Part shown: piece by piece, positions 52,562-64,000 of the stretch
How positions within the stretch are numbered: position 1 is the stretch's first letter
Layout: every line of letters begins with the position of its first letter
NCBI GenBank assembly: GCA_951406725.2
Contig: OX597826.1
Coordinates: forward strand, 25,048,001 to 25,112,000
Direction of reading: 5' to 3'
DNA: 64,000 bases
Origin: Octopus vulgaris
Taxonomy: Eukaryota
Program-made: the position numbers and the translations under genes
The notes under the pieces: generated by a model
Databases searched by the model: none
Seen by the model: the letters and a program-made list of their open reading frames with translations, nothing else
Told to the model about the DNA's origin: nothing

Positions 52562-54339
52562 TTATCGTCCATTGTCTCAGGATAATTCGTAATTCAAAGA
52601 AAGCAGTATATTTTTAAAATCGTATTTTCTACACAATTCCACATATTGCTTCTACTCTGGCAAATGGATTGCTAAACATATAATCTGAGCACATCCGTTT
52701 CACCAATAACGCAGTAACAAACAAACCACCTTTCACTGTTCGCATTCATAATACCATGTGTATAGATTACATTCGCTGATTTATTTATACGGCATCGTAA
52801 TATTCGGTACAACATTTACCAAAGATGGTTCAATTACTGACTAGTTATATCAATTCGTGGATATGACTAATAATAAATCAGCTAGTTTTCTTACACAGTG
52901 ATCCTAATTCGTAAATCAACTGAGAGTGTATATACTTTCCTACATCATTTACTGCTAGGTGCTGCATATAGTAAAGATGCATTTGGACAATAAAACAATA
53001 TATAAATGCATCTTGTAGTAGCCTTCCTTACTGAAGAGAATATAACTGGCACCATGTTAACTGTTTTGTGTTGTTAATTAGCTCAGCCCATTCTTTTATT
53101 AATAGGTGCCATGAATATGTACAACTAGTTGACATTCATTTTTGGGATTTGTTAGATTACAAAGTTGAACCCAGAATTCTTTCACGTTTATAGGGGGAAG
53201 TGTGCTTTCGTTTTTTAAGATTGTAATAGGCAATATATCCTTCATTTTGTAATGGCAGTTAATGGAATTTGAGAAATATTTGGCTACTATTTCTTGCAGA
53301 CCAAGTAACTCCGTCAGAAGATACTTCCTTGAATCGTGCATGCTGTTGCTATTATTGAGTACACCTTACACACCATCCCCAGTCAACCCCCATCCAGCAG
53401 ACTTATGATCTCAACTGTGGGCCCTTTCCTCCCCTTTTCCTCTTTTTGTATATTCGGAGTTACATGCATTTGTCCAATGCGTCCTTCGTTTCTTAAAGAA
53501 GATAGGGAGTGATTTTGGAGTAATTTGACTATTATTTCTAGCAGATAAAATATGCGTAGAGGCTTCCTCATTGGTTCGGTGTCGCTTGTAGATTTTACGC
53601 AAAGTTCTAGGTGTCCCATGAATAACACATCATTAAACATGAATATAATGTTAAATACTGCTTTATTTATGGGACATACTACAGGCTTGCTGCTTTCACT
53701 TGGCCGACTGATTCTCTGATTACCTGGTTCCCTAGCTACCTGGCTATCTGACTATCTGGATGGTTAATTACCTTCTTGATTGGTCGGTTATGTTATACTT
53801 TCCCTACCTTGATGGCGTGGGTAGACAGCTAGATGTATGAAGTTGATAAAACTGAGCTTGTTTGATGAATAGGTTTAGCGAGCGAACGAGCGAGCTAGCT
53901 GCTTGATTACGTAGATAGTAATCTGTGTGTGTGTGTGTGTGTGTGCATGATATTCGGGCCTTTGGCAGCATCTAATTTTCTATCTTTGGCCTGCCAGCCA
54001 GACAGATAGACAGTCAGCCAGCCTGCCAGCCTTTTAAGGATGCAAGCGAATGGAAACACTGAAACTTTTCAGAAAATAGCCTGACTAAGTATGCAGGGAA
54101 TTTTTGCTAAACACACACACACGCTTTTTATCTTTTCTCTCTCTCTCTCTCACTCCCCCTCCAACATATACAACTGCAAATAAGTATGTGAACGGTACAT
54201 ACACACACAAGCACATAAGCACATTATTATATGTGTGTGTGTGTGTATGTATATATATATAGTCGCATGAGGAACTACATTTTCCAGGCACAAGAATTAT
54301 TGGTGCAGCACAAATATTTATGACTCTATAATTCATATA

Positions 54340-54381
<42 letters not shown>

Positions 54382-55009
54382 CATACAAAAAATTAGCAAT
54401 GACTGAGCAAAGAACTCAGCATATATGTGTATACGTGTACATATGTGTTTCCGTGTGTGTGTGTTCATGTGTGTGTTTGAGTGTGTTCTTGACAATATGC
54501 ATTTGTATTTACAAGTAATAACTGTGGGTGCTTCCTTCTCCGCTTTATTCTTATGTATATATGTTTGCGTGGCGTGTAAGTATGTTCGCATGTAAAGTAT
54601 GGGTGCCTCGCTTATCCGGTACACTTGAGGTGACCCCCCACCTCGTCATTAAAATTAGATCCTCATTGTAGTCAAAATAAATAAAAAATATATCAAAACC
54701 TGCTAAATAAAGCTAAAAACAATTGTCTAATTATTTGTATAACGAGTATCTTAAACTAAGAGGCAAGCTCCCGAGGGCAGTTTCGAATCTTGTTGGGGCT
54801 TTCACATTATTCACTATCTTAATATCCTTGGAAAGAACATGAAAGTGTCAAAATTTCCAAACGTTATTTCCCTTAAAATATTAAAAGAAAGCTTAAGAAA
54901 TTGGCTTTAAATAAACCAGTACCTTAAACTAAAGATGCTTATTCCGCTATTCCATCCCTCTCCCCCTCCCTTTCCCCTCCTCTCTGTTTTTGAAGTAACT
55001 GGGTGAACA

Positions 55010-55189
55010 CTGCACTTATATCAACATTTTGTCCGTCTTTACGTTCTGAGTTCAAATTTCGTTGAGGTCATCTTTGACCTTCATCCCTATGGGGGTCGGT
55101 GAAATAAGTACCAGCTGAGCACTGTGGTTGAGATAATCGTCTAATCCCCGCCTGCAAAATTTCGAACTTTGGGCTCTATAATAGGCAAG

Positions 55190-55252
<63 letters not shown>
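55010..55252 (+). mobile_element. Nin-like SINE with an (ATT)n tail
   Basis: CGTCTTTACGTTCTGAGTTCAAATTTCG..CCTTCATCC..GGGGTCGGTGAAATAAGTACCAG. Confidence 0.75.
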
Positions 55253-56630
55253 GTGTTGTTGTATGGTACTTTTTTTTACTTTAGTATGTGCTGGTAGTGC
55301 AATTGGTGCTGCTGTTAGTGATAATTTAACTCAGAGACAAAACCGGCTGCCGTTTTTGCATGTGACAGAAATTTGGGAGAAAATGTTATATTATGGTTGT
55401 GGGTCTTAACGAACGCTGCTCCCCGCTTCTCATTCATCCATTTTTCATTATTTCATTATTCTTTCATCCATTCTATAAACCAATATATATTATTCATAAA
55501 ATTACCCATTATTGTTGGTCAGCCTAAGATTATAAGATGTATGTACTCTTAAATCTGTACAAATCGCTTTGTTTCAAATGAAAGCATAAGGTGCAATCAA
55601 ATACTAATTTTAACAAGATAGTACAAAATATAAATATCATCAAACAAATAAAAAAATTCGCGAAATGGAACCCAACTAAAAACAAAACAAAAAAACTTTA
55701 ACGACCCTCATCAACAACCAAATTAAAAATATTAAAACATAAACAACACAAAAATAAAACAAAGATACGTTATAAGACCGTCCCAAATCAAATAAACAGA
55801 CAAAAAAATTAAAAATTAAGAATAAATATAAAAAATACACACTAAAATATCTAATTTTTATTATATTGAAATCCAAAATGCAAACGGCAGCGTTTTTTTG
55901 GCTTCAATGTGAAAAATTCCGCGGAAAAGCTAACTTCACGAATGGAATAATTAAGGTTTGTTTTGAGATTAAAATTTAAAAATAAAATAAAACCATCCCC
56001 CCAAAAAAGAAAACCTATCTCTTTTCTTATAGATTGTAAAGACACGACATATTGGATTTGATCAAAGTGAAATAGACAGAGCAGAAGCACGGTTTCGGGT
56101 ATGTTGTAAGTGGTGTGCTAGGTTCAAACTCTATCTCCGAAATAACCAAACCATAGTTGTACCTGGATTATCTTCTTCCCTCTCTGAATACAGTCTACTG
56201 TGATCCTTAACCCCTTTTATTTCTCAACCCTTCTGCTGTGCTGTTGTGGTTTACCCTCGACAAGATTATTTATTATTTTTAATTTTTTTTTTTAGTTATT
56301 GATTGATTTATATTTTTATTTGGAATGCAATCTAATACCTCAAATAGGGAATATGTATATATATATATATATATAAAAGACAAACGGAATTCGCAAAATC
56401 TATAGCAAAAGCAGTTCTCAAGCTGACCAATCCTGATGTGCAATTTAACCATGTTTAAGGAAAACGAACTCAACCACATTCTCTGCCATTAAGTGATTTG
56501 AAACTACTAGCAACATGACGTGGCTTTGGTTAAGACTCTGTATAACTGACAAATATTTGGCCGCACTGAGCTACAAAACATTGCTAAGGAGAAAACCGAC
56601 AATAAACTGTTGTTCTATTCAGGAAGAAAA

Positions 56631-56707
<77 letters not shown>

Positions 56708-56721
56708 TGTATGTATGTATG

Positions 56722-56773
<52 letters not shown>

Positions 56774-57949
56774 TTATAAACCCTCGAATCCTCAGATAAA
56801 CCTCGACACACTGCAATTTAATTCTGTTAAAATGGTGGCAAATAGAAGAGTAATTTTAGCAATGAACAAAAACTTAATTATTAAATTTATTTTCTGATTT
56901 CCTAAAAAAAATTGTGTAATTGCTGTGGTGTTTTACCCCCTCTTTTTTAAGTTTTAAGTTTTTAAGTTTATTTATTGTTTTTTTTTTTTGCTTTTTCTTT
57001 ATGAATTTTGTTTGCAAAACATTTAACTCTATATACCAGGATAATTCGCTAGTTGTATGGGAAGGAGATCAAGGAAAGTTACTTACGATAGACTTAGCTT
57101 CTTGTCTCTGTAGAAGGATTAGTGGAATGTTCAAATTGAACTCTCATCTTCCTGACGCTTTAGAAACCAATGTTGGAGATTACATGGTTCGATGGGGGTC
57201 ACAAGTTGATTACCTAATCTTTCATTTGAAATGGTTAAGTTGAAATGGTTAAGAAAAGGCTACATTAAAAGAAACAGAACATTAATATTTTGTCTACAGT
57301 TACCACAGTTTGGTTCCTTTCCACTTCACATTGCAACTTCGATCGGGCAGAATCTTGAACAAGGGTATTTTGACTGTGAGCCATTTTATCCTTTATTTTC
57401 AAACAGTGGACAACACTCTCCAACATAATTTGAGAAAGATTTTGCTGCTGTTTCTAGTAAGCAAATGTATTGCAGTAAGTATTCCTTGGTGACGTGAACT
57501 GCAACAATAATAATAAAAAAAAACACTGCAAAGTTCTATTAACTGCAGAAGTCTTCTCTGAGTTAATACAAATACGCTGTGGTCTTCTTCGAGTATTTCA
57601 TCATCACCATCAGCAGAAACATAAGCAGAAACACCTGTCCTAGTCTCTAAATAGATTCGATCTAAATTGATCCAATATAAATCTGTGTCAATTCTATCAA
57701 ATGATTAGTTAGATTCTTGTCACGAAGGCATATGGTTTCCCATGTGTCCTCTTATAGTTCCTAGACTTTTATAAGAAAAATGTCAGCATTTTACAGCGTA
57801 AACGCTACAAATAAATATAACATAAACTTTAGCCAACAGGTATATGTCGTTTTTAGAAACGACGGAAAATGCATTTTTTAAACAATATGGATTAATAGGA
57901 ATGATCAAGACATGCTATGGTATATGAAACATTTGTTCATACGTCTGTC

Positions 57950-58222
57950 AGCAGACCGAGAGCTCATCAGGCCAGAGATTAACCTGGTTTTCATATCATA
58001 AAGTAACTTAAGATTAGACCACTCTCCAGCCGAAACGGGACACCAGTCTTTCATAGGGTTAAGTTCTCAGCTATTGCCGGAACTCGTTTACGGTTGAGTG
58101 AACTAGGGCAATGTGAAATGAAGTGCTTTGCTGAAGAACACGAAGCACTGCCCGGTCTGGGAATCGAAGACAATGATCTTAGAATCGTGGATACAACGCC
58201 CTAACCGCTAGGCCGTTCGCCT
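57950..58222 (-). mobile_element. tRNA-derived SINE
   Basis: Reverse complement has GGCCTAGCGGTTAGGGCG A-box region, TTCGATTCCCAGACCGGG B box and CAAAGCACTTCATTTCAC core. Confidence 0.7.
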
Positions 58223-59033
58223 TTACTATAAGAGTCAGAAACTCAAAGAAGTATTTCTCGACTTTAAACGAATATTGGAATTTTCATGTATCAATAAATA
58301 AATAAATAAATAAATAAAATCAAAAATGAAAATAACCATTAAAGTTATAGAACAAGGTTGTTTTTTTTTCTAGGGGCTTTTTTTTTTTGCTTTTTAATTT
58401 ATTTGGCTATTTCATATAGCATACCTGTGTGTTGGATGTCATTCCGATTTAAAAAAACAAAACAAACAAAAACACAAATATCAAAATGAAGTAACTTAAA
58501 TGAACACTCATCACCATTCCATCATATCTATCCACAAAAATGGTTTAGAAAGCAAGAATTAGCAAATATGGTGGAAGAAAGTTTATATATATATATATAC
58601 GTATGTATGTATGTATATAAATATATATATATATATATGTGTGTTCGTGTGTGCGTACACACACGTATGTATCTATGTGTGTGTGAATGTATTCATACAC
58701 CACGGATACTCAGAGTTTTTCGTTCCTTGCACATTATTCAAGTATTGAAGTATAATCAATGAAAAATAAGAAAAGAAAATAACTCTCGAAGTATCGAAAA
58801 GAACGCTTTTGCCTTAGTATATTTTTAGTCTTGTAGAATCAAAGTTAGGAAGCACGAGTCAGGAACTAAAACTTCCAAATATATTAGCAGTTTAACCGTC
58901 CGTTATAGTTGCATGTTGTAGATAGTTAAACAACAATCGAACTTTGAAGACATTAACCCTCCTATTATGATACGTTCTACTTTAGATTCTTTTTAACATG
59001 TGTATCTCCTTGTTTCTAAACAGTAAAAGGTAA

Positions 59034-59125
<92 letters not shown>

Positions 59126-59229
59126 AACAAACTAATACAGTTCATTTAAATGGAGGCAAGTTTGAACCCTATGGGAAAGTCTTTAAAAATGACGTGATAA
59201 AAGAAGAAACAATTTCATTAAAAGTGTAA

Positions 59230-59387
59230 GCATGATTTTGCAGTTAAGAAGCTTGCGTTGCAATCACATGGTTTCGAACTCAATTCCACTCTGCAGCGAC
59301 TAAGGCAAGTGCCTTCTTCTGCTGTAGCCCCGGGCCGACCAATGCCTTGTGAGTTTGGTATACAGAAACTGTGTGGAAGCTCTTCGA

Positions 59388-59428
<41 letters not shown>

Positions 59429-59725
59429 AATATAAATATATATATATACACAAATATAAATGTGTGTGTGTATGTGTGTGCATGTGTGTCTATGTGTGTC
59501 TTCGTATCTGTGCTTGTATCACGACCGCTTGACAGCCGTTGTTGGCTTGTTTACGTCTCCGTAACAAAGCATTTCGATACAAGTCCCGATAGAACGAGTA
59601 CCAAACATCCTCCCCCCCCAAAAAAAAGAAAATGTACAGGTACGATTTTCCCGATTGAAACATTTCAAAGTGGTGCCACAGCATGGCCGCAGTCTATTGA
59701 CGGAAACAAGTAAAATGTAAAAGAC
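59230..59725 (+). mobile_element. tRNA SINE with internal microsatellite (family of 13074-13495)
   Basis: GTTAAGAAGCTTGC head, GGCAAGTGCCTTC core, GCATGGCCGCAGTC..GAAACAAGTAAAA tail. Confidence 0.75.
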
Positions 59726-60348
59726 AAGGATAAAATTTAATAGAATTGTCCTTCTAATTCACTAACTTGTAACACTTCTGTGAAAAAGGTATATTACACT
59801 TCTTTTTCGTTTTCGGTATACGTTTCGTGTAGATGGTGATCATTTTAGAAATGTGGAAATTTTCTTCTCGGGTTATTTAAAAAATTCTAATTGAGAAACT
59901 ACTTATTAGCAGAAAATGCCTAGAGATACTAAAGATCACTCAGTGATGATAGCATGAGAAATTCAACTCCATTTATTCCAACCTCACTCAACATTTAATC
60001 TATTCATCAGATACTCATACACTAACGCCATTTTAACATATCACCTGCATGCAACGTAATATATTTTTCTACATTTGTTCATTTTATTTTATGTTCATTT
60101 AATGTATTTTTTTTATTTTGCTTTTATTTTGATAATTGTTCTTTTACAATTTTCACATAGTATTTTTTAGATTACATCTAACAATTCCAAAAATTTATAT
60201 AACTAAATAAATAAAAACGTAAATAAAATGAATATTCATCAAAAACAAAAAAGAACAAGAAAATTACTTTCCGAAAACGAATTAAAAATTGATATTGTTA
60301 TTGTTTAAATTCACATTGTTAACACAATTTAACTAAGCCGTTGCAATT

Positions 60349-60401
<53 letters not shown>

Positions 60402-60450
60402 CTCCGACAATTGCTTTTAGTTTATTTTTTAGTTTTTTTCTATATTTCAT

Positions 60451-60517
<67 letters not shown>

Positions 60518-60650
60518 CAAATTTAATACTCTGCACCCATACACATGCACACACACACACACAAACAGAGGCATAGACATTTTAATAATGTACGAACTGA
60601 ATCATACATGTATTAATATATTCTTTCACTTGTTATTTTTCTTCATCCAG

Positions 60651-60707
60651 TTAAGAATCAGGGAGCTGGAAGATGCTTTAGACTCCGAGAGGGACAGCAG
60701 GATCAGA
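60651..60707 (+). CDS. Prm: Paramyosin, coding exon 2 (LRIRELEDALDSERDSRIR)
   Basis: Polypyrimidine tract plus CAG acceptor, 57 nt, phase 0/0, donor AGA|GTAAGT. Matches the RIRELEDxLDxERDxRxR start of the paramyosin coiled coil. Confidence 0.93.
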
Positions 60708-61094
60708 GTAAGTAAAATATATATTTATCTTTCACGTTTCCCAACACTATAATGTACCCAGGGATTGCAGTCCGTTATTGATAACTCCCACTCGTCAATC
60801 TAATTAGATTAAAAATACTTTCCTCCACCTTGGTGGAAAATAATTCGAGGACTGACGATGTCGTTACTCTGGCAGTAAGCATAACGTACGAGAGCAGTGA
60901 CCATCGCTGTATAATCTATCCAAATTGATCCATTGAGGGAGTATCTAGGAGGTCGGTAAGCCTAATACAAATAACAATAAAATCTTTCAAGTTATACTTT
61001 ACCGTCATAAGCAGGGGATATTTATTTGGCTGCATTTGTATATTTTGCTGTCCATTCGCGCCCTAGTTAACACTCTAAGTATATTTAACAAGCA

Positions 61095-61470
61095 TGGAGG
61101 GGCAATAGCCCAGTGGTTAGGGCAGCGGAATCGCGGTCGTAGGATCGCTATTTCGATTTCCAGACCAGGCGTTGTGAGTGTTTATTGAGCGAAAACACTT
61201 AAAGCCCCACGGCAGGGGGTGGTGGTGATCCCTGCTGTACTCTTTCACCACAACTTTCTCTCACTCTTTCTTCCTGTTTCTGTTGTATCCGTATTTCAAA
61301 GGGGGCAGCCTTGTCACACTCTGTGTCACGCTGAATCTCCCTGAGAACTACGTTAAGGGTACACGTGTCTGTGGAGTGCTCAGCCACTTGTATGTTAATT
61401 TCATGAGAAGGCTGTTCAATTGATCGGATCCATTGGAACCCTCGTCGTCGCAACCGACGGAGTGCCACGA
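61095..61470 (+). mobile_element. Full-length tRNA SINE with a 12-bp TSD in paramyosin intron 2
   Basis: ATTTAACAAGCA at 61083-61094 and 61471-61482. A box TAGCCCAGTGG, B-box-like TTCGATTTC. Confidence 0.92.
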
Positions 61471-62082
61471 ATTTAACAAGCACTAAACGGCTGGTCGACT
61501 AGCTACAAACTATAGTCAAATCTCGTTCGAACGATATTCTCCTACAGCATAGAGATTCACATCAGGGAAGTCCAAGGTACACTATGCTCGAAGAAAACAA
61601 CAAAAATCGTGATTGTTACGGTTGGAATTATTTTCATTATAGGTCTGATTCGATAATGTAGTCCTAGATATACTACACCTGGAAAACACAGACGTGATGG
61701 TAAGGATTGAATTATCCTTCATCAAACGCATGCTCTGTCACAATGGACAACATGCTAAATATCTCTAAACCAAGAGAGAGTTATAAACTCGTGTGCCGCT
61801 GGATTGAGGTTATAACCTTGAAGACTGCGCCGTCTTATTTGAAATTTATTTATGTCTTATTTAATATTAATGTTTCCTTACATTAACACAAATTTATGTA
61901 TTTATTGGGGTGGAGTGTCATTCTTTTGACCAAGGGTAGATGGAAAGCAATGTTTACGCCTGTGGGTTTAGGAACCAGACGGTAAAGGAACGTTATTAAA
62001 TGCTTCCGGGGATTTTGCTGGTCCTTCCGATTCATTATAAATAATTAATTTATGATTATATATATAAATGTATAACGATGAT

Positions 62083-62187
<105 letters not shown>

Positions 62188-62211
62188 TTTCTTTTTTTTC
62201 TCCCCCTCCAG

Positions 62212-62298
62212 TTCGAGAAACTCGCAGCAGAACATGCTATTCTTATTGATTCATTGAACGAACGTCTCGAAGATGTTGGTTTAACTTCCATCTCACAG
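62212..62298 (+). CDS. Prm: Paramyosin, coding exon 3 (FEKLAAEHAILIDSLNERLEDVGLTSISQ)
   Basis: TTTTTCTCCCCCTCCAG acceptor, 87 nt, phase 0/0, donor CAG|GTTAGT. LxERLEDxG motif of the myosin-tail family. Confidence 0.93.
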
Positions 62299-62934
62299 GT
62301 TAGTATTTAACGTGTTATTGAAACAATGTGCGTGACTGTGTCTTTTGTATGAATGCTGTATAAGTGTGTGCCTGCACATACTTGTTATAGAAAAGAGACC
62401 ACACAATCTTAATTAAGAACCTTATTGTACTACCGCTATTTGTGTATATATCGTATATCAACAATTCGGTCCATCTAGCTTGTTAACTGGCTAGTTGGGT
62501 TGACGATCCAAATTCACGTGGGGAATGATGGGCCTCGTCTAGTCAACTCATTCAAACCAGTTATAAATTGAGCATATGCATAGGGACAGTTGAACACTAA
62601 GTAATGAATATATAATATTGAGACAGTATGAATAACAACCACCCTCTACAAAAGAAAAAAAAGTGTCTTGGAGTCCTTCCATGATGTCTGCACCATAACA
62701 GAATCACACCAACGCCATGTTTCAATTATTTTTACTAATTTCACTGCCTGATGAGATATCGTCTTGCGTATTCGGTGGCTGAGTACACCAACGCTTTCAA
62801 ATCTTAATTGTCTACCCTTAATTTCACCGTGACATCAAAGGCGAGCCCAATATATCTGACCCAAATTTTACCTTTTAAACATGAACCAACGAGGAAGACC
62901 ACTCTATGGTCACACAACCTACAAAAAAAATCAT

Positions 62935-63315
62935 AAATATAGACGCATACATATCTGAATGAATAATAAGCTCGCTTTGTAGCCATGCGGTTTAAGGTCC
63001 TTTCCTACGATGCGGCACCTGGGACAGATGTCTTCTTCTCTAGGTCTAGGCACCTTGTGAATGATTTTGGTAGACGGGAAACTGTGCAGAAGACCGTGTG
63101 TGTGTGTGGGGGGGTGTATTTTCCTCACTGCTTGACAACCGGTGTTGATTTATTTACATCGCTGTAACTTAGCGGTTCGGTAACAGAAACAGATAGAATA
63201 AGCACCAATCTTAAAAACAAAAATAAATATTGGGGACAATTTGTTCAACTAAAATTCTTCGAGGCGGTGCTCCCAGAATGGCTGCTTTCAATGACTAAAA
63301 CAAGTGAAAGATAAT
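62935..63315 (+). mobile_element. tRNA SINE (family of 13074-13495), followed by another SINE at about 63397-63650
   Basis: GGATTTTGGTAGACGGGAAACTG-type core, CTTGACAACCG, GTAACTTAGCGGTTCGG and GGCGGTGCTCCCAG blocks. Confidence 0.75.
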
Positions 63316-63735
63316 AAGCATTGTTTTTGAAAGCAAAATGGCGGAAGGTTAATGGGAGGGGGGCTGGAATAGCTTTGTTGTGAGTTTTAAATTTAGAAGG
63401 CGCATGGCCCAGTGGTTTGAGCGTTGGACTCATGATCATAAGGTCATAGTTTCGATTCCCAGAACGGGCGTTGTAGTCTTGAGTAAAAACACTTCATCTT
63501 ACGTTGCCCCAGTCCAGTCAGCCGTAAATGAGTTCCAACAATAGCTAGAAAGTTAACTCAGGGTGAGTGGGTTGTAATTTCAGTCCTTTATATACCATGC
63601 AAACCGAGTTAAGCTCCGGCCTTTCGAGTCCTAGGGCTCATAACAGATTTGTATGAGTCGAATAAATGAGGGATAAATAACAAGAAAATAAGCCCTTAAA
63701 AGACGTTCCTAATGTATGTTATATTTGTTTTCCAG

Positions 63736-63902
63736 AGTGAACTCGCTCGCAAGAAGGACAGTGAGGTGATCAAACTCCGAAAAGACCTTGACCTTGCTAT
63801 TACTCAACATGAGAGCACTGAACAAAGTCTTAGGAAGCGCCATCAAGAGACAATCAACGATCTGTCTGAACAGAATGATTACCTCACAAAACAGAAAAAC
63901 AG
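63736..63902 (+). CDS. Prm: Paramyosin, coding exon 4 (SELARKKDSEVIKLRKDLDLAITQHESTEQSLRKRHQETINDLSEQNDYLTKQKN...); gene continues beyond the window
   Basis: TTTGTTTTCCAG acceptor, 167 nt open frame, phase-2 donor AG|GTTCGT. KLRKDL and LRKRHQ motifs of the paramyosin/myosin rod. Confidence 0.93.
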
Positions 63903-64000
63903 GTTCGTAACATTTAAAATAATTCACACATGCACACATACATACGTGCATACTTACATTGATACAGATGCACATATATACATACAAACACACATGCGCC

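Noticed and set aside
53099-53341. ORF with EFWVQL..NPKNECQ as a hAT dimerisation-domain relic
   Set aside because: Resemblance is too short and no other transposase motifs or termini are visible.
62747-62790. CTGATGAG hammerhead-like start (also 29040)
   Set aside because: No downstream GAAA or helix I partner.

Overview
Eukaryotic, AT-rich DNA dense in microsatellites and transposons, most likely from an octopus or other cephalopod (inferred from the tRNA-derived SINE families and a mollusc-type paramyosin). The only intact host gene I can support is the 5' part of a paramyosin gene on the + strand. It has four spliced coding exons (36949-37041, 60651-60707, 62212-62298, 63736-63902), a 23.6 kb first intron, and a TATA/Inr promoter with a near-consensus CTCF motif directly upstream. 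The gene runs off the right end. The rest is decayed mobile DNA: CR1/L2-like, RTE, Tx1/L1-like and R4/Dong-like LINE fragments, a mariner remnant, a mariner fold-back MITE, a 2.46 kb hAT-type element with an 8-bp TSD, a Penelope-like GIY-YIG fragment, and many SINEs. The most interesting signal is a dispersed family of short elements next to (TA)n runs that carry minimal hammerhead ribozyme motifs of the Penelope pLTR/retrozyme type. These include a same-strand tandem pair 266 nt apart, a near-identical inverted pair, and a copy turned into a perfect 72-bp-arm palindrome inside the paramyosin intron. Almost all ORFs in the supplied track are microsatellite artefacts. Repeat boundaries are approximate unless a TSD or TIR is quoted.
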